Below, piece after piece: positions 37,704 through 47,264 of a DNA stretch of 64,000 bases. The position numbers were made by a program, and so were the translations under genes. Source of the stretch: Acidimicrobiales bacterium (GTDB lineage: Bacteria > Actinomycetota > Acidimicrobiia > Acidimicrobiales > Bog-793); NCBI GenBank assembly GCA_052143575.1, contig JBKQSP010000125.1:3281-67280 (forward strand), written 5' to 3'. How positions within the stretch are numbered: position 1 is the stretch's first letter; each line of letters starts with the position of its first letter. A model generated the notes under the pieces. That model was not told the origin of the DNA and made no database searches. It saw nothing but the letters and a program-made list of their open reading frames with translations.

Positions 37704-38852
37704 GTGGCCACGACCGCAGAGGCTGTTGCGCTCTCACGGCTCCGCCGCGTGCGCAACGCCCTCTCACCGAGCGAATGGCTCCGCATGGGCGCCATGGGCG
37801 GCGTGATCATCCTGCTCCACGTCGTCGGGTTCTTGTTGCTGCTGGCGGCGACGCGCCACCACTACCACCTCAGCAAGACGCAGCTGTTCGGCATCGGCAC
37901 GGGGCTGCTGGCCTACACGCTCGGCATGCGCCATGCCTTCGACGCCGATCACATCGCCGCCATCGACAACACGACCCGCAAGCTCATGAGCGAGGGGAAG
38001 CGGCCGACGAGCGTGGGGTTCTTCTTCTCGCTCGGCCACTCGAGCGTCGTGTTCGGGTTGGCTGTGATGCTGAACTTCGGGATACGGGCGCTCGACTCGC
38101 AAGTGCGCAACGGCAGCTCCAGCCTGCACCGCATCACGACGATCGTGGGCACGTCGGTGTCGGGTTTCTTCCTCTATCTCATCGCCGCCCTCAATGTCGT
38201 CATCCTCGTGTCGATCGTGCGCGTCTTCCGAGAGATGCGGCAGGGCCGCTACAACGACGAGGAGCTCGAGGAGCAGCTGAACAAGCGCGGGCTCATGAAC
38301 CGCTTCTTCGGCAAGCTCGCTCGCCGCATCGACGCCTCCTGGAAGATGTACCCCATCGGCGTCCTCTTCGGGCTCGGATTCGACACGGCCACCGAGGTCG
38401 CCCTCCTCGTCCTCTCCGGCACGGCCGTGGCGAGCGGTCTCCCGTTTTACGGGATCCTCGCCCTCCCCATCCTCTTCGCCGCCGGCATGAGCCTGCTGGA
38501 CACGGCAGACGGCTGCTTCATGAACTTCGCCTACGGCTGGGCCTTCTCCCGCCCGATCCGCAAGGTGTACTACAACATCACGATCACCGGGCTCTCGGTG
38601 GCCGTCGCCTTCCTCGTCGGCACCGTGGAGCTGGTGGGACTGCTCACCGAGGAGCTCAACGTGCGGGGGCGCCTGGCTGAGCTCGTGCAGAGCTTCAACA
38701 TCAACACGGCCGGCTTCATCATCGTCGGGCTCTTCGTCGTGACGTGGGTCGTGGCGCTGGCGATCTGGCGTTTCGGCCGCATCGAGGAGCGCTGGGACAC
38801 CGCTGCTGCCATCGCCCAGGCCGAGCGTGCCGTGACGGCCGACTGCGACTGA
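37704..38852 (+). CDS. NiCoT (HoxN/NixA) family nickel/cobalt transporter
   Basis: GTG after GGAGGAGGGGAGG. Signature RHAFDADHIAAIDNTTRKL and FFFSLGHSSVVF. Confidence 0.9.
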   Translation: MATTAEAVALSRLRRVRNALSPSEWLRMGAMGGVIILLHVVGFLLLLAATRHHYHLSKTQLFGIGTGLLAYTLGMRHAFDADHIAAIDNTTRKLMSEGKRPTSVGFFFSLGHSSVVFGLAVMLNFGIRALDSQVRNGSSSLHRITTIVGTSVSGFFLYLIAALNVVILVSIVRVFREMRQGRYNDEELEEQLNKRGLMNRFFGKLARRIDASWKMYPIGVLFGLGFDTATEVALLVLSGTAVASGLPFYGILALPILFAAGMSLLDTADGCFMNFAYGWAFSRPIRKVYYNITITGLSVAVAFLVGTVELVGLLTEELNVRGRLAELVQSFNINTAGFIIVGLFVVTWVVALAIWRFGRIEERWDTAAAIAQAERAVTADCD

Positions 38853-38859
38853 GGGCGGT

Positions 38860-40320
38860 TCAGCCGCCGGCGGGTCGGGCGGTGGCGCCGGCGAGCACGA
38901 TGACGGCGGGGCGTTCTGCCGTCGCCGCCTCCCTGAGCGAGACCGTCAGGCCGCCGCGGCCGCTCGAGGCGGTCAGCTGCTCGCCCGACATGTCGGTGAC
39001 GGCCGCCGTCTCGATGTCGGCGAGTGTCACGTCACGCACGGGCGCCCCACCCGCCGGCGGGCGCACGAAGGCAAAGACGTCGCGATCACGGGCGGTGTAG
39101 CGGATCTCGCTGGCGGCGTCGGAACCCTCTGCCCGCACCCACGGTCTCGTGCCGTAGAGGGCCGTGCCGTTTGCAGCCGTGAACTCGGCCAGCCAGTCGA
39201 GCCGGCGCAGCTGCGCCGGAGCGATCGTGGCGTCCTTGCCCCGTGGCCCGACGTTGAGGAGCAGGTTGCCCCCTTTGGCGGAGATGTCGACGAGGGACCA
39301 GATGAGCTCGTCGTGTGCCAGGAAGTCTTCCTCGCGCGAAGCGTCGTTGTGCCCGAAGCTGTGATCGATGCCGCGGACGCACTCCCAGGCCTCTTGCTGC
39401 GGGGAATGGAAGACCGTGTACTCCGGCGTGCGCACGTCGAAGAAAGGCGGTTTCGGGGGGACGATGCCGGTGGCGGCCCGGGCGCCGCGGGCGACGAGGC
39501 GGTCGATGAGGGCTGCTGCCGGCGCCGTTTGCGCCAGTCGCCAGAGGGGGGACCAGGGCATGAACCGGTCGTTGACGACGCCGTCGGGCACGTCGTGGTA
39601 ATAGGAGGCGAGGAGGGCGGCGAGGCGACCGGCGGGAGCCGGCCACGAGATGTCGTTCCAGAGCACGCTCGGCCGGTAGCGGGCAATGAGCTCGCGCACC
39701 TGTGCCTCGGCGTAGGCGACGTAGTCACCGCGGGGTTGGGCGCGCAGCAAATCGCTGAACGTGCCGATCGGCTGGTCGTTGTAGGTCCAGTCGAGGCCGC
39801 CCGAGTAGTAGATGCCGAAGCGCATGCCACGGCTGCGAACCGCCTCCCGCAGCTCCCCGACGACGTCGCGCTGACAATGCCAGCCAGGCCGGCGCGAGTT
39901 GGGCACCGTGGTCGGCCAGAGGCAGTAGCCGTCGTGGTGTTTTGCGACGAGGACGACATAGCGCGCACCGCAGGCGGCGAAGCGCTCCGCCCACTCCTGC
40001 GGGTCCCAGTTGTCGAGGGCCGCCTCCCACTCGGCGGCAAACTCGGTGTAGCTGCGGTCCCCGTGCACCTCGCGGTGGTGACGGGCGGCCGGGCTGTCGG
40101 GGAAGCGGAGCGAATTCTCGTACCACTCGACATAGGGCGACGAGGCCATCGCCTGCGGGTGGCGCCGTGCCATGAGCTCACCCATGTCGGCATCGACGGG
40201 GGCGAAGGCAGCCACCGAAGCAGGCGTCCAGTGGACGAAGATGCCGAGCTTCGCATCCCTCCACCACGCAGGCACGGCGTGGCGCCGAACGGCGCGTTGC
40301 ACCTGGCGAGAGGACGGCAT
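38860..40320 (-). CDS. alpha-L-fucosidase (GH29)
   Basis: WWRDAKLGIFVHWTPASV...YVVLVAKHHDGYCLWPT...GGNLLLNVGP. Confidence 0.85.
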   Translation of the reverse strand: MPSSRQVQRAVRRHAVPAWWRDAKLGIFVHWTPASVAAFAPVDADMGELMARRHPQAMASSPYVEWYENSLRFPDSPAARHHREVHGDRSYTEFAAEWEAALDNWDPQEWAERFAACGARYVVLVAKHHDGYCLWPTTVPNSRRPGWHCQRDVVGELREAVRSRGMRFGIYYSGGLDWTYNDQPIGTFSDLLRAQPRGDYVAYAEAQVRELIARYRPSVLWNDISWPAPAGRLAALLASYYHDVPDGVVNDRFMPWSPLWRLAQTAPAAALIDRLVARGARAATGIVPPKPPFFDVRTPEYTVFHSPQQEAWECVRGIDHSFGHNDASREEDFLAHDELIWSLVDISAKGGNLLLNVGPRGKDATIAPAQLRRLDWLAEFTAANGTALYGTRPWVRAEGSDAASEIRYTARDRDVFAFVRPPAGGAPVRDVTLADIETAAVTDMSGEQLTASSGRGGLTVSLREAATAERPAVIVLAGATARPAGG

Positions 40321-40329
40321 CGGCGGAGA

Positions 40330-41283
40330 CTAATGCACCGCCACTCCGCCGGCGGGAGGTCTCGCTCCCGCCCGTGACACGACGCCGCCGGCAGCGGCAA
40401 CGGCGCCGGCCGTGCACTCCTCGAGGCCCGCGCCCTGAACGAATCGGGCGAGGAAGCCGGCACAGAAAGCGTCGCCGGCGCCCGTCGAATCGACGACGCT
40501 GGCCGGATCGGCCGCCACCCGCAGGCGGTGCCCGTCGGCGCTTCCGGCGAGGGCACCGGCCGCCCCGAGCTTGAGGGCGACGAGCGGGTAGTGCTCGAGG
40601 AGTGAGTCGACGATCGCTTCGGGCTCGGTCTCGCCGGAGAGCTGCCGCCCTTCGTCGAGGTTCGGGAAGAGGAGGCATGCGCCCGCCGTCCAGGCGAAGA
40701 AGGCCTCGCCGCCGGCGTCGCGAACGCCGGCGAAGGTCGCCGGATCCACCGAGATGGGTGTGCCGGCTTCGACGGCGGCGGCGCAGAGGGCTCGAACGCC
40801 CGGGCGCGAAGCCGCTTCGAACAGTTGGTAGGCGGAGATGTGAAGGTGGCTGGCGCCCTCGAGCAGGCCGTCGAGATCCCTGGCGCCGAGGCGGCGGTTG
40901 GCGCCTCGATCGGTGAACATCGACCGCTCGCCGTCAGCTGACACGAGCACGACGACGGTGCCCGTGGCGACGTCCCGGTCCTCGACGAGACGGGCGTCGA
41001 CCCCGAGGTCCTCGAGGGCCCGGCGCTGGGCGGCCGCGTCGCCGGCGCCGACTCGGCCGGCGAAGCGGACCGCTACCCCGAGCGACGCCAGCCAGGCGGC
41101 CTGATTGGCGCCCGAGCCCCCGCGGGCGAACTCGATCTCGGAGGCGGTGTCGGTGGCGAGGTCGACGGTCGCCGTCGGTCGCACGACGATGTCGTTCATG
41201 ACGTCGCCGACGACGACCACGAGGGGGGGCGGGGCAGCCTCCGCCCTGGCCGGTCCCGACGCCGGCGGCCGTGCTGCCGTCAT
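40330..41283 (-). CDS. PfkB-family carbohydrate kinase, probably pseudouridine kinase given its psuG partner
   Basis: VVVVGDVMNDIVV, GGSGANQA, DSTGAGDAFCAGFL. Its start overlaps the psuG stop (ATGA). Confidence 0.8.
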   Translation of the reverse strand: MTAARPPASGPARAEAAPPPLVVVVGDVMNDIVVRPTATVDLATDTASEIEFARGGSGANQAAWLASLGVAVRFAGRVGAGDAAAQRRALEDLGVDARLVEDRDVATGTVVVLVSADGERSMFTDRGANRRLGARDLDGLLEGASHLHISAYQLFEAASRPGVRALCAAAVEAGTPISVDPATFAGVRDAGGEAFFAWTAGACLLFPNLDEGRQLSGETEPEAIVDSLLEHYPLVALKLGAAGALAGSADGHRLRVAADPASVVDSTGAGDAFCAGFLARFVQGAGLEECTAGAVAAAGGVVSRAGARPPAGGVAVH

Positions 41284-42191
41284 GGGTCGGTCGAGACCCA
41301 GGCGAGGGCGATCTCGGCCGCCACGGCGACGTTGTTGCGCACCGCCCAGACGTTGGCTTCGAGGCTGGCGCCCTGCGACGCCCGGTAGATGTGGTCGAGG
41401 AGGAAGGGGGTGACGCCCTTGCCGCGAACGCCGGCAGCCTCGGCTGCCGCCACGGCGCCCGCCAGGAGGGTGTCGTGCAGGGCGGGGTCAAGCTCGTGTT
41501 CGGCCGGCACCGGGTTTGCCACGACGATGGCGCTCGTCAACCCGAGGGCGTCGGCCGCCTGCATGACGGCGGCGACCTCTGCGGGCGTCGTCACGCTCCA
41601 GTCGAGGTCGTAGCCGGAGTCGGCGACGTAGAAGCCGGGGAAGCGGCGTGTCCGGTACCCGGCGACGGTGACGCCGAGCGTTTCGAGTCTCTCCAGCGTG
41701 GCGGGCACGTCGAGGATCGACTTCACTCCGGCGCACACCACCGTGATGGGAGTGCGCGCCAGCGTCCCGAGGTCGGCCGACTCGTCGAAGGACTCGACGG
41801 CACCGCGGTGGACGCCGCCGAGGCCGCCGGTGGCGAAGAGGCGGATACCGGCGCGCCGCGCCAGCGCGGCTGTGGACGCAACGGTCGTGGCGGCATGGCG
41901 CCCGGCCGCCATCGCCAAGGGAAGCTCGCGTACGCCGACCTTGGCGACCTCCTCGGAGTAGGCCAGCAGCTCGAGCTGACCGGCATCGAGTCCGACGATG
42001 ACCTCCCCTGCCACGACCCCGACGGTGGCGGGCGTGACGCCGGCCTCTCGCAGGATCTCCTCCAGCTGGCGGGCGACCTCGAGGTTGCGAGGCCGCGGCA
42101 GGCCGTGGCTGATGATCGTCGACTCGAGGGCGACGACGGGACGCCTCGACTCGACGGCCCGGCGGACCTCCTCGGCGACGGTCGGGGTCAC
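41280..42191 (-). CDS. psuG: pseudouridine-5-phosphate glycosidase
   Basis: VALESTIISHGLPRPRNLE...FATGGLGGVHRGAVESFDESADL...VVCAGVKSILD. GTG start overlaps the mutase stop (GTGA). Confidence 0.9.
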   Translation of the reverse strand: MTPTVAEEVRRAVESRRPVVALESTIISHGLPRPRNLEVARQLEEILREAGVTPATVGVVAGEVIVGLDAGQLELLAYSEEVAKVGVRELPLAMAAGRHAATTVASTAALARRAGIRLFATGGLGGVHRGAVESFDESADLGTLARTPITVVCAGVKSILDVPATLERLETLGVTVAGYRTRRFPGFYVADSGYDLDWSVTTPAEVAAVMQAADALGLTSAIVVANPVPAEHELDPALHDTLLAGAVAAAEAAGVRGKGVTPFLLDHIYRASQGASLEANVWAVRNNVAVAAEIALAWVSTDP

Positions 42192-43885
42192 GTCGAGAGG
42201 GCGCCGACGACGGCGTCGCTGAGTCGGTCGAGTGTCTCGGCCGCGAGGCGGCGGGTGTTCTCCAGGCCGGCCGAGGCGAGCGGGGCGACGACCTCGAGGT
42301 AGGCCTTGAGCTTCGGTTCGGTGCCGCTCGGGCGAACGACGAGCCGGGCGCCTCCGAGACGGTAGATGAGCACGTCGGATGGCGGCAGGTGCCCGAGACC
42401 GCCGGCGAGGTCGAGCGCTTCGGTCACCGGGATGCCTGCCAGTTCCTGCAGCGGCGCCTGGCGCAGCCTCGACATGAGGGCGGTAGGGGAGTCGTGCCGG
42501 ATCGAGAGCTGGGCCGTCAGGTGAACACCGTGGCGGATCTCGAGTGCGTCCCAGCGGTCGAGAAGTGATCGCCCGCTGCTCGCCGCCTCGGCTGCCATGG
42601 CGAGCACGGCCAAGGCGGCACCGATGCCGTCCTTGTCGCGGACGACCTCGCCGACGCAGTAGCCGAGGGCTTCTTCGTACCCGAGCACGAAGCGGGTCGT
42701 CGCGGTTGGCTCCGCCGGCCCGGATGTCCTGGCAGCACGGACGATCCACTTGAAGCCCGTGAGGGTCTCGGCATAGGAGGCTCCGGCGGCTGCAGCGATC
42801 TTCGAGAGCATCGAGGAGGAGACGATCGTCGTGGCGACAAGCCGGGATGTTCCGGCGCTGCTGCTGCGCTCCAGCAGATAGTCGCCGAGCAGGCTCCCGA
42901 GCTGGTCACCGGTGAGCGCCCGCCAGCCACCCGGGCGGGCGGGAGCCGGCAGGGCCACGGCCAAGCGGTCGCCATCCGGGTCGTTCGCGATGACGAGGTC
43001 GGCACCGATGGCTCGGGCCTCGTCGAGGGCGAGATCGAGGGCGCCCGGCTCCTCGGGGTTCGGGAACACGACCGTTGGGAAGTCGGCATCGGGTGCTGCC
43101 TGGGCCGGCACGACGTGGGGTGGCGGCCAGCCGGCACGCTCGAGGGCGGCGAGGAACGCGCCGAGGGCGACTCCGTGCAGGGGCGTGTAGACGACCTTGA
43201 GTGGCGGAGCATCTGACGGAGCGGGCGACGCGGCGGTGATGGCGTCGAGGTAGGCATTGACGACATCAGGGCCGTGGTGGACGACGAGCGGGCCGTCAGC
43301 GTCCCCGAGGGCGATGCGGGAAAGGGGACCGACCGCCTCGATGGCCGCCTCGATCTCGGCATCGGCTGGCGGGACGATCTGAGCACCGTCGCCGAGGTAG
43401 AGCTTGTAGCCGTTGTCGGCCGGAGGATTGTGACTGGCGGTGATCATGACGCCGGCCGCAGCCCCGAGATGCAGCACGGCAAAGGCCACGATGGGAGTCG
43501 GGCGCTGCCGCTCCAGCAGGTGGACGTGAAACCCCGCCCCCGTCAGCACGAGGGCCACCTCCTCGACGAATTCGGCCGAGCCGTGGCGGGCGTCGCAACC
43601 GACGACCACGCCGTGCTGGCGGGAGCCCGGCACGTGCTCGTCGAGCCAGGCGGCGAGGGCGGCCGTCGCCGATCGCACGACGGCCCGGTTCATGCGGTTC
43701 GGGCCGGCGGCGACGGCGCCCCGCAGACCCGCCGTGCCGAAGCGCAACCGGCCGGCGAAGCGGTCCTCGAGCTCCGCCTCGGCTTCGGCGCTCCGGTCGG
43801 CGAGGAGCCGCTCCAGCTCCGCCCGCGTGGAGGGATCAGGGTCGTCGGCGATCCAGGCGCGAGCTCGCCTTTCGAGGTTGCTCAC
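42188..43885 (-). CDS. phospho-sugar mutase (PGM2/PmmB type; likely phosphopentomutase role)
   Basis: FGTAGLRG. Active-site loop [16 protein letters not shown]. 565 aa. GTG start overlaps the PNP stop. Confidence 0.85.
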   Translation of the reverse strand: MSNLERRARAWIADDPDPSTRAELERLLADRSAEAEAELEDRFAGRLRFGTAGLRGAVAAGPNRMNRAVVRSATAALAAWLDEHVPGSRQHGVVVGCDARHGSAEFVEEVALVLTGAGFHVHLLERQRPTPIVAFAVLHLGAAAGVMITASHNPPADNGYKLYLGDGAQIVPPADAEIEAAIEAVGPLSRIALGDADGPLVVHHGPDVVNAYLDAITAASPAPSDAPPLKVVYTPLHGVALGAFLAALERAGWPPPHVVPAQAAPDADFPTVVFPNPEEPGALDLALDEARAIGADLVIANDPDGDRLAVALPAPARPGGWRALTGDQLGSLLGDYLLERSSSAGTSRLVATTIVSSSMLSKIAAAAGASYAETLTGFKWIVRAARTSGPAEPTATTRFVLGYEEALGYCVGEVVRDKDGIGAALAVLAMAAEAASSGRSLLDRWDALEIRHGVHLTAQLSIRHDSPTALMSRLRQAPLQELAGIPVTEALDLAGGLGHLPPSDVLIYRLGGARLVVRPSGTEPKLKAYLEVVAPLASAGLENTRRLAAETLDRLSDAVVGALST

Positions 43886-44700
43886 GGGAGGCGGCGGATC
43901 ACCGAGGCGAGGAGCGAGCCGACGGTGTTGGCGGCGGCCGCCCCGGCGGCGATGACTTCCTCGTGGTCGATGGCGACGTCGTGGCCGGCGGCGGCGTTGG
44001 TCACGAGCGAGATGCCGAGCACCTCGGCACCGAGGTGGCGGGCGGCGATTGCTTCGAGGGCGGTCGACATCCCGACGAGGTCGGCGCCGAGGCGGCGGAG
44101 CATCGCCACCTCCGCCGGTGTCTCGTAGTTCGGCCCACTGAGAGCGGCGTATACACCCTCCTCCAGCGTCGCGTCCTCCGCCCGGGCGACTTGGCGGAGC
44201 CGGGCGCTGTAGAGGTCCGTCAGGTCGACAAAGCGCGGCGGATAGCCGGATGGAGGGGGCGGCCCGACGAGGGGGGACGTGGCCGTCAGGTTCAGGTGGT
44301 CCCGGATGAGCACCGGCTGACCGACGCCGTAGGCGGGGTTCACGGCTCCCGCCGCGTTGGTGAGTATCAGGTAGCGGCATCCCGCCGCGACGGCCGTGCG
44401 CACCCCGTGGACGACCGTGGCAGGGGAGTGGCCCTCGTAGAGGTGCACGCGTCCGACGAAGATCAGCACTGCCCGCTCGCCCACTTCGACCGACCGCAGC
44501 ACGCCGGAGTGGCCCGCCACGGTCGGTGCCGGGAAGCCTCCGATCTCGCTCACGGGGACTTCGACCACCTCGCCGGCGCCGATGGCGGCGGCCGCCGGCG
44601 ACCACCCGGAGCCGAGCACGACGGCAACGTCGTGATGGTGGCGCCCAGTCAACCTCGCCAGCGTGGCGGCGGCATCGACGGCCGCCGCGAACGGGTCCAC
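43882..44700 (-). CDS. punA: purine nucleoside phosphorylase (trimeric PunA type)
   Basis: VLGSGW...GHSGVL...GRVHLYEG...LTNAAGA...GPNYETPAE...GADLVGMST. Confidence 0.9.
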   Translation of the reverse strand: MDPFAAAVDAAATLARLTGRHHHDVAVVLGSGWSPAAAAIGAGEVVEVPVSEIGGFPAPTVAGHSGVLRSVEVGERAVLIFVGRVHLYEGHSPATVVHGVRTAVAAGCRYLILTNAAGAVNPAYGVGQPVLIRDHLNLTATSPLVGPPPPSGYPPRFVDLTDLYSARLRQVARAEDATLEEGVYAALSGPNYETPAEVAMLRRLGADLVGMSTALEAIAARHLGAEVLGISLVTNAAAGHDVAIDHEEVIAAGAAAANTVGSLLASVIRRLP

Positions 44701-44703
44701 GGA

Positions 44704-45993
44704 CTACTCCCGCGAGTACGGTTTGCCGTCGGCTGCCGGAGGTCGTACGCGGCCGACGAGGCCCGAGACGACGGCGATCGTGATCACGTACGGCGCCATC
44801 GACAGGAAGGGAGCCGGTATCCCGACGTTGAGCACCCCCAACACGCTCTGCAGGGACTCTGCGAATCCGAAGAGGAGTGCCGCCCCGAGGGCGCCGTAGG
44901 GGCGCCAGCGCCCGAAGATCATTGCCGCCAGCGCCACGAAGCCGAGCCCTGCGCTCATGTCGGTGGTGAACTCGCCGATCGAGCCGATCGTGAAATAGGC
45001 GCCGCCGATGCCGGCGAGGGCGCCGCCGATGACCACGTTGGAATACCGGGTCCCGATGACGTGCAGTCCGACCGTCTCGGCCGCCTGCGGGTGCTCGCCG
45101 ATCGCACGCACCCGCAGGCCCCAGCGGGTCCTGAACAGGCCGACGTTGACCGTGACGAGGAGGATGGCGGCCAGGTAGACGAAGAGGTTCTGGTCGAAGA
45201 GAACCGGGCCGACGATCGGGATCTTCGAGAGCAACGGGATCTTCCAGGCCGAGAACGTGATGCCGGTGTTCAGACTGCTCTGGTAGGGCGTGAGCACTTC
45301 GTAGAGGAGGTAATTCGTGAGACCGAGCGCAAAGGCGTCGATCACGACTCCGATGATGATCTGATCGGCGCCGTAGCGCAGTGCGAGGAAGGCGAGCAGC
45401 CAGCCGAAGATCGCACCGGCACCGGCGCCGCAGAGCACACCGAGCCAGAGGTCACCGGTCCAGGACGCGATCATCGCCCCGAGGAAGGCGCCGGCGAGGA
45501 ACTGTCCCTCGATGGCGATGTTGATGACCCCGGACCGCTCGCACAGGATTCCCGAGAGCGAGCCGTAGACGAGCGGTGTCGCTCCGATCAGCGTCCCGGC
45601 GAGCACGCTGACGAAGTTGAGCGTGGCCCCCCGCGCCGCCCAGGTGAGGAACGACCACACGAAGACGATGACACCGAGAGTGAAGATGGCGTACATGCCG
45701 CGACTGCGGCGCCACGTGAAGAGCAGTGCGCCGAGGCCGGCGCAGACAATGGCGAGGATGATCGATATCCACCGCACGTCCATCGTGATGGGCGCGACGT
45801 TGACGGCAGGTGACGCCGTCAGGATGAATCTTGAGTGCAGCTTGCCGTTGACGCCCACGCCGAACGCCAAGAACATGACGGCGGCCAGCAGCCCGAGGAA
45901 GATCCCCATGCCGTGCCGGCGGCCGGCCGGGACGAATCGGGCCTGGACAGGGGCCATCTCGCCAGGCGTGACCGTGATCGCGCTCACGCCCAC
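44704..45993 (-). CDS. ABC transporter permease (nucleoside/BMP-type system)
   Basis: Polytopic. Follows the other permease with a 10-nt overlap. Typical IAIEGQFLAGAF motif. Confidence 0.85.
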   Translation of the reverse strand: MGVSAITVTPGEMAPVQARFVPAGRRHGMGIFLGLLAAVMFLAFGVGVNGKLHSRFILTASPAVNVAPITMDVRWISIILAIVCAGLGALLFTWRRSRGMYAIFTLGVIVFVWSFLTWAARGATLNFVSVLAGTLIGATPLVYGSLSGILCERSGVINIAIEGQFLAGAFLGAMIASWTGDLWLGVLCGAGAGAIFGWLLAFLALRYGADQIIIGVVIDAFALGLTNYLLYEVLTPYQSSLNTGITFSAWKIPLLSKIPIVGPVLFDQNLFVYLAAILLVTVNVGLFRTRWGLRVRAIGEHPQAAETVGLHVIGTRYSNVVIGGALAGIGGAYFTIGSIGEFTTDMSAGLGFVALAAMIFGRWRPYGALGAALLFGFAESLQSVLGVLNVGIPAPFLSMAPYVITIAVVSGLVGRVRPPAADGKPYSRE

Positions 45994-47264
45994 CCCTTTG
46001 TGGCAATGCGAGCTTGACCTCCCCGCGCCTCACGCAGCCGGAACACCTCGCGCACAAGCGCCGGCGTGGCCACCATGAAGACGATCACCGCTTGGATCAC
46101 CGTCGTGAGGTCGATCGGGATGCCCGTCACGGCCTGCATGTTGCGGCCGCCAGAGATGAGCGCCGCGAACAGCAGCGAGCCGAGGACGATGCCACCGGGG
46201 CTGTTTCGACCGAGGAGCGCCACCGTGATGGCGTTGAACCCCGTGTTGCCGCCGTAGCCGGCGGAGAGGAAGAAGTCGGTGCCTGAAAGCGTCGCCATGC
46301 CGGCCATGCCGAGCAGCGCCCCCGAGATCGTGAGAACGAGGATGGTGACGCGCCGGGCGTCTATACCGGCCGTCTTGCCGGCGTCCGGGTTGAGGCCGAT
46401 CACCTTGAAGGAGAAGCCGAGCCGGCTCCTTCGCATCAGCCACCAGGTGACGAGCGCCATCACGAGCGCCACGACCAACGAAAGGTTCACCCGCAGCGTG
46501 CTACCGAAGAGATGCGGCATCTGAGCCGTGGGAGGCATGTTTTTCGAGATCGCGTTCGACTGCCCCGGCTGCTGGAAGGGAGAGATGGTGAGCAGCCATT
46601 CGAGCAGGTCGAGGAAGATGTAGTTGAGCATGATGGTCGTGATGACCTCATGGGCACCGGTCATGGCTTTGAGGATGCCGGGGATGAAACCCGCCACGGC
46701 CCCGCCGACTGCGCCGGCCAGGATGACGAGCGGGATGTGGATGCCGATCGGTGCCTTGAGCTCCGTCCCGACCCAGAGGGCGGCCACGGCGCCCGCGATC
46801 AGCTGCCCCTGACCACCGATGTTGAACACGCCGGTGGAGAACCCGAGCCCCACGCCGAGCCCGGCGAGCATGAGCGGGGTGGCGGCGACGAGCGTCTCCG
46901 AGATCGGGTTGAAGGCCTGAGTGAGACCCTGCGCGTGGGGATTGAAGATCGAGCCCTCGACCAGCGACGAGTAGGCGGCAGCGACGGTCGACCAGCTCTC
47001 GCCGAAGGCGTGGCCCGGATTGCTTCCAATGTGCCCCCAGGCCTGCAGCACCGTCGGGGACGTGCAAAGGATCAGTAGCGCCCCGACGACGAGCGCAAAA
47101 AAGATCGCACAGACGGTGACCACGAGCGCGTTGGCCTCGCTGAGCCGGCGCAGCAGGTCGACCGCCTGCGCCCGCCGGTTCGGCCCGGCCGGTCCGCCCG
47201 CCTGCCCCGGCTCCGCAGCGACGTCCGACTGGTCGAGGTCGGGGACGTCCGTGTCCTCGCTCAT
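45984..47264 (-). CDS. ABC transporter permease (nucleoside/BMP-type system)
   Basis: Polytopic. FNIGGQGQLIAGA motif. Its start overlaps the ATPase stop by 4 nt. Confidence 0.85.
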   Translation of the reverse strand: MSEDTDVPDLDQSDVAAEPGQAGGPAGPNRRAQAVDLLRRLSEANALVVTVCAIFFALVVGALLILCTSPTVLQAWGHIGSNPGHAFGESWSTVAAAYSSLVEGSIFNPHAQGLTQAFNPISETLVAATPLMLAGLGVGLGFSTGVFNIGGQGQLIAGAVAALWVGTELKAPIGIHIPLVILAGAVGGAVAGFIPGILKAMTGAHEVITTIMLNYIFLDLLEWLLTISPFQQPGQSNAISKNMPPTAQMPHLFGSTLRVNLSLVVALVMALVTWWLMRRSRLGFSFKVIGLNPDAGKTAGIDARRVTILVLTISGALLGMAGMATLSGTDFFLSAGYGGNTGFNAITVALLGRNSPGGIVLGSLLFAALISGGRNMQAVTGIPIDLTTVIQAVIVFMVATPALVREVFRLREARGGQARIATKGWA

